Assembly (NCBI GenBank): GCA_002269645.1
Contig: NIVC01000732.1
Coordinates: 186,001-250,000 of the forward strand
Origin: Macrostomum lignano
Taxonomy: Eukaryota
Direction of reading: 5' to 3'
DNA length: 64,000 nucleotides
Every line of letters starts with the position of its first letter. Position 1 is the first letter of the stretch. Below are positions 1 through 22,367 of the stretch, piece after piece. Under the pieces are notes generated by a model. The model searched no databases and had not been told where the DNA came from. It was given only the letters and a program-made list of their open reading frames with translations. Both the position numbers and the translations under genes were made by a program.

Positions 1-154
<154 letters not shown>

Positions 155-350
155 TGTAGTCTGGCTTGTTGGTGCGCGTGCACTTAGATGTGCACGTCTG
201 GCTGGTTTGGGGGTTGGGGTTTAGTGCTGCGGCGGGTGCGTGCTTAGGGTGGTTACACCCACCCCAACTTTGGCATTAAATATATTGGCGTGAGCCAGTG
301 AGGTCTCCTCACGTTTTGTTATTCACTGCAACTCAACCCACGGTCTTACA
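155..350 (+). repeat. 5' LTR
   Basis: TGTAGTCTGG...GGTCTTACA, repeated at 4906-5101. Contains ATTAAATATATT (polyA/TATA-like). Confidence 0.97.
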
Positions 351-351
351 C

Positions 352-364
352 TGGTGGCAGCGGT
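352..364 (+). promoter_or_regulatory. Primer-binding site complementary to tRNA-Leu 3' end
   Basis: TGGTGGCAGCGGT lies 1 nt after the LTR. Its reverse complement ACCGCTGCCACCA matches the 3' end (with CCA) of metazoan tRNA-Leu(AAG/UAG) as I recall it. Confidence 0.85.
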
Positions 365-370
365 CTCAGT

Positions 371-1165
371 ATGGCCAAATCAGAGCAAGCCAGTTTATTG
401 CCTCCAAAGTTCAGCGGCGACTCCAACGTGAGAATGTGGCTAAGCACGTGTGAGGACTTCGCCGACGACTGCGAATGGGACGACAAGAAGAAGGCAAAGA
501 AGCTGAGACTGCTGGTGACAGGAGAAGCGCAAATCTTCGTCTGGGAGCAGCCGGCAGACGTGTCAGCCAGCTATGAAAGGCTGAAGGAGAAGCTGATCGA
601 GTGCTTCGGCAACAGTCTGAGCTGCTACAGAGCAATGGAGGAGTTTGAAGAGCGAAAGCGACAGTCCAACGAGTCGCTGAGGGAGCTCGCCTACAGCCTG
701 AAGCTTCTCCACCTTCGGGCCCGCCCGGACGACTCCGTGGCGGCTCGGGAAAAGGACGTGAAGTTTCGCCTGATGCGCCTCCTGCCATCTGCCGTGAGAG
801 ATGCGCTGTTGAAGGACCAGGACGCGGACTCGTGTTCGCTGGCCGCCATCGTCGACAGAGCTGCGCAGCTTGAGCTGGTGAGCCACGCAACTACAGCCTC
901 ATCAGCCGCGGTGTCGGTAGAAGACAGACGGCTGAGCCAGCTGGAGCAGCAGGTGCAGCAGCTGACAGCCAGCGTGCGAACGGGACCACCCGGAAGAGAC
1001 AGGCGTCAGAAGGGACCCATTAAGTGCTTCAGCTGCGGCGAGCCGGGTCACATTGCTAGGCGGTGCCCAAAGACGATCGGCAGCCGCTGCAGCCGGTGCT
1101 CAGGCAAGGGTCACTCCGCCGCGGTGTGCCCGACACCAACTGGTCAGCCGCAGGGAAACTTCTGA
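371..1165 (+). CDS. gag: Gag (capsid-like region plus two CCHC zinc knuckles)
   Basis: 264-aa ORF just after the PBS, with CFSCGEPGHIARRC and CSRCSGKGHSAAVC. Confidence 0.95.
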   Translation: MAKSEQASLLPPKFSGDSNVRMWLSTCEDFADDCEWDDKKKAKKLRLLVTGEAQIFVWEQPADVSASYERLKEKLIECFGNSLSCYRAMEEFEERKRQSNESLRELAYSLKLLHLRARPDDSVAAREKDVKFRLMRLLPSAVRDALLKDQDADSCSLAAIVDRAAQLELVSHATTASSAAVSVEDRRLSQLEQQVQQLTASVRTGPPGRDRRQKGPIKCFSCGEPGHIARRCPKTIGSRCSRCSGKGHSAAVCPTPTGQPQGNF

Positions 1166-4100
1166 GGGTCGGCAGCCTGGGGCCAGCACCGACCCGCTCA
1201 AAAGGGGCCCTCAGATCAGCGCCTTCAGTCTTCGTGAAGGTGCACTTTGGCAGCGTGTCAGCGCCTGCTCTGCTCGACACCGGCGCGCAAGTTTCGTTGA
1301 TGGACAAGTCACTGTTCGACAGATTGCTGTGCAAGATCGACTCCACCGACATCGGTGCGCTGCCGACGGCTGTCGACGGATCCCGGCTGCGCTGCCTTGG
1401 CCTGTCAGCAGCGGATGTTTCGATCGGCCAGACCATCCGCGTGCGCCATCGCTTCACAGTCGTGGACGGCATCCAGCCCAGCCTGATCATCGGCATGGAC
1501 TTCATTGGCGAGGTGTCGCAGGCGATGACCATTGACATTAAAGAAGGCGTCGTCAGGTTCGACGGCACAGCTGTGCCTTTTAGCAGCGAGCCGGCTCGAG
1601 CAGACTGTCGCCTGGTGCCGAGTGTCCTGGTGGCGCGTGTGGCGGCAACTACGGAGCTGTTCGCCCGCAGCGAGAAGCTGGTGTGGCTCAAGGTGGATTC
1701 CAGCGGCGAGCAGGGAGTCTTTGAGCCGTCTGAGGACTTCGTGAAGTCCACTGCCGTCCTGCCGGCCCGCGTGCTGGCGGTCTCGGACGACTGCCGCATC
1801 CCGGTGAAAATGTGCAACCTGGCAGAGGAGCCCGTGCTGCTGTACGCCAACAAGGCGGTCGGCACGTTCGAAGGCGCGATGACAGACGGGGACGGTCGCC
1901 AGGAGGCGGCCCAGGAGAACCCCGTCGGTTGGAACATCAACGCGGAGCTGCCCGAACCGGATGCTGCGAGGCTGCGACAGCTGCTGGAGAGCAACGAGGA
2001 CCTGTTCGCCAGGCACGAGTACGACCTGGGCACGACGGCGTTGCTGCAGCACCAGATCGAGCTGGAGCCGGGAGCGCGGCCACACCGGCAGGTCCAGCGC
2101 CGGCTGCCGCTGTCTGTGCGAGACCAGGTGGACAAGAAGATCGGTCAGATGCTGGAAAGCAGCATCATCGAACCGTCAAGATCGCCATGGGCCAGCAACC
2201 TGCTGGTGGTCCGCAAGAAGAACGGCGACATCAGACTGTGCACGGACTGGCGGCAGCTCAACGCCTGCACGGTCAAGGATGCATACCCGCTGCCGCACCT
2301 GCAGCAGGCCATGGATGCGCTTATCGGATGCTCCTGGTTCTCCACCATCGACTGCCGACAGGGCTACCACCAGGTGGAGGTGGCGGAGGAGGACCGGTAC
2401 AAGACGGCTTTCTATTCGACGCGCGGCCTGATGCAATTCTGCAAGATGGGCTTCGGGATGTGCAATGCCCCGGCGACGTTCCAGCGGCTCATGGAGCTGG
2501 TGATGTCCGGCCTGTCCTGGGAGTCCGTGCTGACTTATATCGACGACATCATTGTCTTCAGCAGGACGTTCGACGAGCACTTAGAGAGGCTGGCGGAAGT
2601 TTTTAAGCGGTTGCGAGACGCGGGACTCAAGCTGCACAAGGCCAAGAGCGCGTTCGGCCATCGCCGGGTGCTGTACCTGGGACACCTGATCAGCGAGCAG
2701 GGCATCGCACCGGATCCCGGCAAGGTCGAGGCCATTCGCAGCATGCCCAGCCCAACGACGAACGAGGAGGTGAAGCGGTTTTTTGGAATGCTGGGTTTCT
2801 ACCGCCGGTTCATCCCAGGCTTCAGCCAGACGGCGAGGGTCCTGCACGACGTCAGCGTGAAATCGAGGGACTTCGCGTGGAGCAGCGACTGCGAGCGAGC
2901 GTTCCGCGAGTTGAAGGACCGGCTGACGATAGCTCCGGTGCTGAGACTGCCAGACTTCACCAAGCAGTTCGTGCTCAGCTGCGACAGCAGTCAGTTCGCC
3001 GTCGGCGCGGTGCTCAGCCAGTTGCACGGTGACGCCGAGCTGCCTGTGGCGTTCGCCTCTCGCACCCTCAACAAGGCCGAGCGCAACTACTCGGCGACCG
3101 ACCGCGAGCTGCTGGCGCTTGTCTGGAGTTTGAAGCACTTCAGGACGTACCTGCTGAGTGTTCCAAGCTTCAGAGTCTACTCGGACCACCGGCCACTGCA
3201 AGGTCTGCTGGCAACGAAGGACCCCGAAGGTCGGCTGGCGCGATGGCTTTCGACGCTGCAGCAGTTTTCGTTCGAGCTGCTGTACCGGCCTGGCAGGGAC
3301 AACGTCGTGCCGGATGCGCTGAGCCGGGTGGCCGGCACGCGCCTGCAGCCTCGGTGGGACGACAGCCGCCTGCACGAGGAGCAACTGCAAGACCCGCTGC
3401 TGAGCAAGGCGTTCCAGGCGCTGACCGAAGGGATTGACAGCCTGTCCGATTCATGGGCGGCGCAGGTTCGCGAGCTGCTGGACGAGGCCTCGGTGAGCTC
3501 GGCGGGAGTCCTGCTGGTCGGTGGCCGGCCAGTCATTCCCGGTCACCTGCGGCCACATTTCCTGCAGCAGGCGCACTCGTGTGACCAGAGCGGACACCTC
3601 GGCGTCGACAGGACTGGAGCGAGATTGTCTGAGCGCTGCTGGTGGCCTGGTCTGCGACGGGACGTCGAGAACTGGGTGGCCAGCTGTGCGGTCTGCCTGG
3701 CCAAGAAGAGTCCAACCAAGCCGCAGAAGGCGCCGCTACAGTCGACGTGCCAGCCGACGGCTCCGTGGCAGCTGGTGCAGATCGACATCAAAGGGCCGCT
3801 TCCGCGTACGACTGATGGCAAGGCGTACATCCTGAGCATGTGCGACGCCTTTACCAAGTGGATGGAGACGGCAGCCCTGGCGGCGATCGACGCGGTTACG
3901 GTGGCGGATGCACTGCTCAAGTCGGTGGTTCTGCGTCACGGTGCTCCTCAGGTGCTGCACAGTGACCAGGGACGGCAATTCGAGAGCGAGGTGTTCGGCC
4001 GGCTCTGCGAGCAGCTGGGCGTCGAAAAGACGCGCACGTCGCCGTTTCATCCGAGCGGCAACGGAATCGTCGAGCGAGGCAACCGGACGCTCGGCGATAT

Positions 4101-4869
4101 GCTGGCGACGACGGTGGCCGAGAACCAGCAGGATTGGGACAGCAAGCTGTCGTATGTAACCTGGGCCTACAACACCTCCGTGCACAGCACCACCGGTCTC
4201 AGTCCGTACCAGGTCCTCCACGGCTGGCCACCGAGGCTGGATCTCGACAGCTGGCTGATAAGCGGCGACCGGCCGGCAGCCGACGGTGGACATCACGGCT
4301 TCCTGCGGCGGACTCAGGAGAACCTGCAGAGCGCTTTCGACACGGTGCACGGCCGACTGCGGAGCGCCCAGGTCGAGCGCAACCGGCTGGCCAACCAGGA
4401 CTCTCGGTTCGTACCGTTCGAAGAAGGCCAGCTCGTGATGCTGCGCAACTCCGTCGTCAAGCGCGGCCAGACGCGGTGCCTGAGCGTCAAGTGGAAGGGG
4501 CCGTACCGAGTCCTGAGGCGCCTGGGCGAGGTCAATTACCGCATCCAGGACGAGACCGGCCGCAGGCGCCGGCTGGTGGTGCACCATGACCGCCTCAAGC
4601 GTTTCGTGCAGCGGCGGGCGTCACTGGAGCTTCCGGCCGCAGCAGACCACCAGCCGCCGGCCGCCGACTTCGACAACGACGGCACCGTCGCTGAGCCGCC
4701 CGGGCAGGCGGCCGATCCTGGCGGCGACGCGGTGACCTTCTGGCCCGAGCTGCAGGCAGACGAGGCACCCGAGGAGCAGCCGGCGGCACCGGCCGAGCCG
4801 GTCACGGTTCCGCGGCGGTCGGCGAGAGAGCGGCGGCCACCTGACTTGTACATGGCGGGCTTTGCTTAA
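1063..4869 (+). CDS. pol: Pol polyprotein (protease, RT, RNase H, integrase), probably expressed as a Gag-Pol fusion by -1 frameshift near 1153-1159
   Basis: LLDTGA protease motif, YIDDIIVF RT motif, CDSSQFAVGAVL RNase H, HHCC zinc finger (AHSCDQSGHLG...CAVC), D-D-E core (QIDIKGP / SDQGRQFES / GIVERGNR), GPY motif. No stops, and the ORF is in the -1 frame relative to gag. Confidence 0.97.
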   Translation: MPKDDRQPLQPVLRQGSLRRGVPDTNWSAAGKLLRVGSLGPAPTRSKGALRSAPSVFVKVHFGSVSAPALLDTGAQVSLMDKSLFDRLLCKIDSTDIGALPTAVDGSRLRCLGLSAADVSIGQTIRVRHRFTVVDGIQPSLIIGMDFIGEVSQAMTIDIKEGVVRFDGTAVPFSSEPARADCRLVPSVLVARVAATTELFARSEKLVWLKVDSSGEQGVFEPSEDFVKSTAVLPARVLAVSDDCRIPVKMCNLAEEPVLLYANKAVGTFEGAMTDGDGRQEAAQENPVGWNINAELPEPDAARLRQLLESNEDLFARHEYDLGTTALLQHQIELEPGARPHRQVQRRLPLSVRDQVDKKIGQMLESSIIEPSRSPWASNLLVVRKKNGDIRLCTDWRQLNACTVKDAYPLPHLQQAMDALIGCSWFSTIDCRQGYHQVEVAEEDRYKTAFYSTRGLMQFCKMGFGMCNAPATFQRLMELVMSGLSWESVLTYIDDIIVFSRTFDEHLERLAEVFKRLRDAGLKLHKAKSAFGHRRVLYLGHLISEQGIAPDPGKVEAIRSMPSPTTNEEVKRFFGMLGFYRRFIPGFSQTARVLHDVSVKSRDFAWSSDCERAFRELKDRLTIAPVLRLPDFTKQFVLSCDSSQFAVGAVLSQLHGDAELPVAFASRTLNKAERNYSATDRELLALVWSLKHFRTYLLSVPSFRVYSDHRPLQGLLATKDPEGRLARWLSTLQQFSFELLYRPGRDNVVPDALSRVAGTRLQPRWDDSRLHEEQLQDPLLSKAFQALTEGIDSLSDSWAAQVRELLDEASVSSAGVLLVGGRPVIPGHLRPHFLQQAHSCDQSGHLGVDRTGARLSERCWWPGLRRDVENWVASCAVCLAKKSPTKPQKAPLQSTCQPTAPWQLVQIDIKGPLPRTTDGKAYILSMCDAFTKWMETAALAAIDAVTVADALLKSVVLRHGAPQVLHSDQGRQFESEVFGRLCEQLGVEKTRTSPFHPSGNGIVERGNRTLGDMLATTVAENQQDWDSKLSYVTWAYNTSVHSTTGLSPYQVLHGWPPRLDLDSWLISGDRPAADGGHHGFLRRTQENLQSAFDTVHGRLRSAQVERNRLANQDSRFVPFEEGQLVMLRNSVVKRGQTRCLSVKWKGPYRVLRRLGEVNYRIQDETGRRRRLVVHHDRLKRFVQRRASLELPAAADHQPPAADFDNDGTVAEPPGQAADPGGDAVTFWPELQADEAPEEQPAAPAEPVTVPRRSARERRPPDLYMAGFA
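1153..1211 (+). promoter_or_regulatory. Candidate -1 ribosomal frameshift signal (G GGA AAC plus pseudoknot)
   Basis: XXXYYYZ heptamer in the gag frame just before the gag stop, then a 6-nt spacer. GGGTCGG(1166-1172) pairs with CCGACCC(1189-1195), and loop GGGCC(1180-1184) pairs with GGCCC(1206-1210). Confidence 0.75.
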
Positions 4870-4892
4870 CTCTGGAACTGTCTTTTGCTTCT

Positions 4893-4902
4893 AGGGGGAA
4901 AG
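4893..4902 (+). promoter_or_regulatory. Polypurine tract
   Basis: AGGGGGAAAG ends 3 nt upstream of the 3' LTR. Confidence 0.85.
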
Positions 4903-4905
4903 TAG

Positions 4906-6366
<1,461 letters not shown>

Positions 6367-6627
6367 GGGATCAAAGGTCCTCTTGATAGATGAAAATAGT
6401 TCCCTCAAAAGGCATGCTGAATCTCCTACTTTAAATCTTTTTATAAACCGATCAGCTAATTTCGTCAATAGTTGTATTGCCTCGTAGTAAAGTGTTTACT
6501 TTTGTACAAAGCGTCTATGACCCACAGTTCTAATAAAATGTTAGTTCGCTTTTAAAAGGGGAATGCCCGTTGAAAACAGCTTGCTGAATTTAAAACTCTC
6601 AGCAAGCAATAACGATCTTTCACCGTC

Positions 6628-12954
<6,327 letters not shown>

Positions 12955-12990
12955 CGTCTTGTGCAGCTCTTTAATAAGTATCTACTTTGG

Positions 12991-13657
12991 CACAGACATT
13001 GGTCCCACTATCTGAAACAGACATTGGCCCCACTATCTGACACAGACATTGGCCCCACTATCTGACAACAGACATTGGCCCCATTATCTGACACAGACAT
13101 TTTCCCCACCATCTGACACAGCCATTGTCCCCACTATCTGACACAGACATTGTCCCCACTATCTGACACAGACATTGGCCCCACTATCTGACACAGACAT
13201 TGGCCCAAGAATCTGACACAGACATTGTCCCCACTATCTGACACAGACATTGTCCCCACTATCTGACACAGACATTGGCCCCACTATCTGGCACAGACAT
13301 TGGCCCAAGAATCTGACACAGACATTGTCCCCACTATCTGACACAGACATTGGCCCCACTATCTGACACAGACATTGGCCCCACTATCTGACAACAGACA
13401 TTGGCCCCACTATCTGACAACAGACATTGTCCCCACTATCTGACACAGACATTGGCCCCACTATCTGACAACAGACATTGGCCCCACTATCTGACACAGA
13501 CATTGGCCCCACTATCTGACAACAGACATTGGCCCCACTATCTGACACAGACATTGGCCCCACTATCTGACAACAGACATTGGCCCAAGAATCTGACACA
13601 GACATTGTCCCCAATATCTGACAACAGACATTGGCCCAAGAATCTGACACAGACATT
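12991..13657. repeat. 25/26-bp minisatellite (CACAGACATTGGCCCCACTATCTGA)n
   Basis: Tandem units downstream of the paralog 1 stop codon. Confidence 0.95.
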
Positions 13658-14305
13658 TCTGCAGCAGCTGAATGCGGTATATAAGTCTGCGACAAAGGCT
13701 GTACAATGCCCACTAGTGTATCATACTCGTATTGATAAGCATGTTACCAGTCCACTTTCGCAGATCATCTATAAGCTAATTAAATATACGTGAGTGCAGG
13801 TACATGTAGTTATTTTTGTTTGAAAAATCGACTAAATATCACAGGATTGTATAAATCTTTTTAGATCATAATATGACGCTTTACTGCCAAATTTGTTTTA
13901 ATTAATTAACCTAAAAAATCGAATTTCACGTGTTCTACTGAAATTAGAAGTATTGAATGAGTTATTCAGCCTTATGCCAAAGTCTTTTATAGTCAAAAAA
14001 GCAAGCTTCAATTAGGCTTGTTTGTCTAAAAAATCGTTGTGCACTCGTTCAGGCTACTTACTGATAAGTTTAAAAGAATGTTATTATCAGATCGCGAGCG
14101 AGACTAATCTATGGCCATGAGTACGAGAGTGTCAATGCCGGTATCACACGAAAAAAACTGTGCTTCAAACAGTCTATGGTAACATCTTCGAGTACTTTCA
14201 CCGCAACTGTGGATTTCCTCTAGTCGACTACCTCGAGCAAGCAGGGTTGCAGATCATTCAAGCTCTAAGCTATTCATTGTTCAGAGTCGGCCGCATCATC
14301 AGACC

Positions 14306-17715
<3,410 letters not shown>

Positions 17716-17984
17716 CGTGTGGTCTGCTCAAGTCTGCTCAAGCCAGAGAATCTCTTTGAGTTCATAAATAATTAATACCGAAGGCACCGTTTCAATCGAG
17801 CAAATACTAAATAAAAAAGCTTAGTTACTAGCGTGTGCCTTATTCGTGTTGAAAACAACTCAATTTAAGTTTTCTTTTTGATTGTTGGCTAAACGCAATG
17901 ATTAATATTTGTTTTTGTTTACTGAACTTTTGACAGGGTCCCCCACCATGAGACAGGTGCATCCGCTTGAAGAGAGAGGGGCGC

Positions 17985-18488
17985 TCACCAAGAGTCAGAG
18001 TCACCCAACAAGAGTCAGAGTCACCCACCAAGAGTCAGAGTCACCCACCAAGAGTCAGAGTCACCCACCAAGAGTCAGAGTCACCCAACAAGAGTCAGAG
18101 TCACCCACCAAGAGTCAGAGTCACCCACCAAGAGTCAGAGTCACCCACCAAGAGTCAGAGTCACCCACCAAAAGTCAGAGTCACCCACCAAGAGTCAGAG
18201 TCACCCAACAAGAGTCAGAGTCACCCACCAAGAGTCAGAGTCACCCACCAAAAGTCAGAGTCACCCACCAAAAGTCAGAGTCACCCACCAAGAGTCAGAG
18301 TCACCCACCAAGAGTCAGAGTCACCCACCAAGAGTCAGAGTCACCCACCAAGAGTCAGAGTCACCCAACAAGAGTCAGAGTCACCCACCAAGAGTCAGAG
18401 TCACCCACCAAGAGTCAGAGTCACCCACCAAGAGTCAGAGTCACCCACCAAGAGTCAGAGTCACCCACCAAGAGTCAGAGTCACCCAG
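17985..18488. repeat. 20-bp minisatellite (CACCAAGAGTCAGAGTCACC)n, intergenic
   Basis: About 25 near-identical units between paralogs 2 and 3. Confidence 0.97.
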
Positions 18489-18807
18489 CAAAGCTTCTAC
18501 ACTTTTGATCTGTCGATTTGTTTGTCTATGACCTGTTGCTTAAGACAGTTGATTGCAAAGATTGCTCATTAAGTACCAAATTGTATGTTTTGTACGAGTA
18601 TTTCAGTTGTTTTACTAAGCCCCGACACAAGCAATAGCTGGGGCATCAAAGGCCATAGAGATCGTGCCGCTGTTTCACCAGCCTGTTGGGCCATTTTAAC
18701 TACATTGTTTTTCTACGAGCCGTCTAATTAATCGAGCACGCCAAGATTAAGCGCACCGAGCTCGGATTTTAACTGAAGCAATCAATTTGAAGCATTCAAG
18801 CAACATC

Positions 18808-21592
18808 ATGTCGATAACTAAGGGCTACATCAACGGAAAGTTTATCATGGTTATTGATATTGAATCTAGGAAGGAGGTAAGAATGACTTCGTCCCTAAGT
18901 AAAGTCATACTGAGCTCTGAATTCGATACCGTTTTGCTTTGCTCAACTCGCAGGACGAGCAGGTGAAGGCGCAGCCTCAGCCGCTCACGGAGACCAGTGT
19001 CCGTGAAAAATACGGTTACGACATGTACTGCATGGTGGAGCACTTCAACAGCCTACTCAAAGGTAACTCATTGGCGGCTGGCTTCCTCCCGCTCACCGAA
19101 GTCAGCGTGTTCTCTCGGATCTACGAAGGCGTTCTACTGTGCGCCTTGGCCAACCTGCTCAAGCCGAACTTTGTGGACGAGAAGAGCGTCGTGGTGAAAG
19201 AGGAGCTGCTCGACAACTCGGCCGAGGGAGAGCTGCGGAAGATGGAGAACCGCAACATCGGCATCACGGCGCTCCGGACTCTGGGCGTGTACATGGACTC
19301 CGAAACGGCTGAGTGGATCAAGATGGACACCCCGTTTGAGATGACGGGTCTTCTAGTCCAGGTTCTGAGGCTGGCCACTGTCGGGCGAATGCACTTTCAG
19401 AACTTTGAGATTCTGGTTCACCTGTTCGACGGCTGGTCCGAGCCTGAGGAAGCTGGGTGAGAATGTGGCTCAGGAGTGTCTGAAAAAGTACATCCTATTG
19501 CAACTTCCGTATGATACATGCCAGAGGCATCGGTGAGCTTAAATTAGTGTCCCAACCAGATCAGAGTCTTTTTATCTGTCACAATTGGCAAATAGTTTTA
19601 CCGAATCGAATCTAACTTTAGTAACTCAACGCGATTTTTCTAGCTTGATTCTAGCCACCGACCGTGAGACAATGCTACTAATCTGGATCAATTATCAGCT
19701 GAAAAAAGCTGGCTCAGACATGAAACTCGCAGATCTTGGTGAAAGTTTGGCTGACTCAAAAGTGTACTCAACACTGTTGTGGACAGTGGCCCCTGAGGCT
19801 CAGCGAGCGTCTCTGACATCCGCTAAAGACATCATGAAAGAGACGGATCTGACCAAGCGAGCCGAGCTGGTCATTGCCAACGCTGAGAAACTGGGAATTT
19901 CCGGCGTGTTGAGGCCTGAGCACATTGCCACAGCTGGGAAACTGGGTATAAGCAACTCAAAAGGATTGCACAACATTGTTCTCAACATGGCTTTTGTCTA
20001 TCGCATATTTGCTGCTTATCCCAATATCGATGTACCGAAGATGAAGGACAAACCAGCAGGCAAAGAAGCTGCATCGACCCCGGAGCAGCAGGTACAGGAG
20101 TCGTGCAAATACGGCGTCTCAGAAGAGACTCTAATCCGCTGGCTGAACTCCTTCGGTCCATCGAGTCCCGTTGTGTCACTGCAAACTGACCTGCGCAACG
20201 GGCGAGTGCTGCTTGAGGTGAGTCACATTGACGAGTCTTGGATTATTACAGAGAATTTTCAGACTCTTTGCTGGGATTAGTTGGGCTTGTCACGTAATTG
20301 TTTCATCCGTTAGGCGTCTAGCCCTCTTCAGAATTCAAAAGATATAAAGACGGAATTGTACGTAGTAGGAGTTTGAATTGTCTGGGATGTACGCGTACGA
20401 GTACAATAGACATGTACTGAAAGGCGTTGCATGTCGATTCTCGTAGCACCTGTACGTCCCTACGAACTTGACGTTTTGCTACGCTGGCATCGAAACATAA
20501 AACATGATTTTTTCCCACTGCATTCGTTAGGTTTGGGACGCGATGTTTCCCGGCAGTGTTCCGTGGAAAAAAGTGAAGCTTCAACACTTTGAAATGTTTG
20601 CTAGGCGCAAGTTTAACTGGATAGCTAACTGCGACATTGCTATTAGCATCGGCGAGAAGCACGGCATCTCGAAGAATGTCTGCTCGTCAGGTAACATTGC
20701 AGCGGGAGAGACCAAGTACATCGCGTCCATGGTGTTTCTCATGATGCGCCTGCACTCTCAGTTAACTAGACAGCGGGCCATCGGCGGATCTAAAAAAGTT
20801 GCCGAACTCGACAACCAAGGTCTGGTGAAGTGGTTCAACGAGAGCATGGAGAAGTACGGGAGCCCATTTCGTCTAAAAAGTTTGGAGGTAAGCTGTCCAA
20901 CCAACGCGGACCAAGCAAGTAAAAATATTGGTTTTATCGATGTGCTTCATTCACGAATGTCAACTTCAGTCTAGGAAACAGCTTCCCAGGACATAATAGG
21001 TTGTGGATTTGCAAAACAATTACCTATCAACAGGTACATCTACATCTCGTGGCTAAAAAAATAAAATAGTTCCTTGAATTTCAATTGGAATTGCAGACAT
21101 AAAATACAAAATTAAACTTGCGCACACTTAGGCTAATTTGTAACTCGCTCGCAATTACCCTTAATCCCTCAGGATCCGTCGCTAAAGAGCACAAACGCTC
21201 TGGGCTACTTTGGCGAGCGAGTCCTAGTTGAGAACAATCTGTGCTCAAGCGGTCCCGCCGACTTTCCAAGAAAACCAAAAGCCACAGCTAAGAGCGCCAA
21301 CGCGATCGATATCAGCTTGGCCGACGCTGACGAAGAGACTGCTGCTCAAGATGAAGCACAGCAGCAGCAATCCGACGCTAACAACTCGGGCGAGGGCGCG
21401 TGGCTGTTCAACAGCGTCGAGCAGGTGTCGTCGGATCCGGCGCTGCTCACAAAGTTCTCGGTCACGGCCATCCTCATGTTCAACAAGGCCGGCGTGATTG
21501 TCTATGCCAGCAAGCTGGGACCGGAGACGGATTTGTCGGTCTATCGGAGCGTCCTGATGGAGCTGAACGCTTTGTCGCTCAAGACCAACTGA
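18808..21592 (+). CDS. Fimbrin/plastin-like paralog 3 (~640 aa)
   Basis: Exons 18808-18876, 18954-19456, 19644-20217, 20531-20887, 21173-21592 sum to 1923 nt in frame, all GT-AG. Confidence 0.87.
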
Positions 21593-22367
21593 CGTGTGAT
21601 CTGCTCAAGTCTGCTCAAGCCAGAGAATCTCTTTGAGTTCATATAAGCTATCTATTGAGAAAGATTTAAGCTTTATAAAATTGTAAAATGGCAAAAACTG
21701 TCAACAAGCAACATTTCAATTGAATAAAGTTCAACTTAAGTTTTAACAACTAAAAATATCATTCTGCTTCAATTTTAACTGGCTCTTTAGTTAAAAGGAC
21801 GCTTGGTCCCACCAATATGATGTTGAATCTATTTGCTTAACATAGGTGAACGTGTGGTGACTGCTGTCCGTTCGGAACTCCGGCCTCTGTCACCCAAGTT
21901 TACGGAAATGAGCCATGCAGGGGCTAAAATACATCCGGGATTGTAATGCGCTGACTCTACGTACAGATTGCCTATAGTGGCGTTGGGATGAGCAGAATGA
22001 AAAACCTGATCTGGATCCAAAGGTAAAAGACAAGAGAAGACCAAGCAGCGCCGTTATGGCGCCTAGAAAACGTTGGGATTAAAGATAAATACGACTCGAT
22101 AAAAAATTCAACAAAAAGTATAATGATCTTTTCAAAGGAATAGTTAACTACTGTTTATGACCCGTAATTAGCTCTTGACTTACTGAGTTAAAATTTCTCG
22201 CAGTTTTGCGTACTGAAGCAAGTTCATCGTTGTTTATGGTAAAACTTGCTACATCTTGCTTGTGCGTTTTAAAAGGCACTTTTGCAAAGCAAAACCATTT
22301 TTTAACAAGCCTAGTTCCACACGCAAACAGCTTCGCATAATACGCTCGGACATCTCAATAAGGCAAA

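Noticed and set aside
411-4853. Many overlapping alternative-frame and antisense ORFs in the retrotransposon
   Set aside because: Expected shadow ORFs of GC-rich coding sequence, with no recognisable motifs.
17985-18488. CRISPR-like appearance of regular minisatellites (also 37340, 42834, 62215)
   Set aside because: No unique spacers, no cas genes, and a eukaryotic context.
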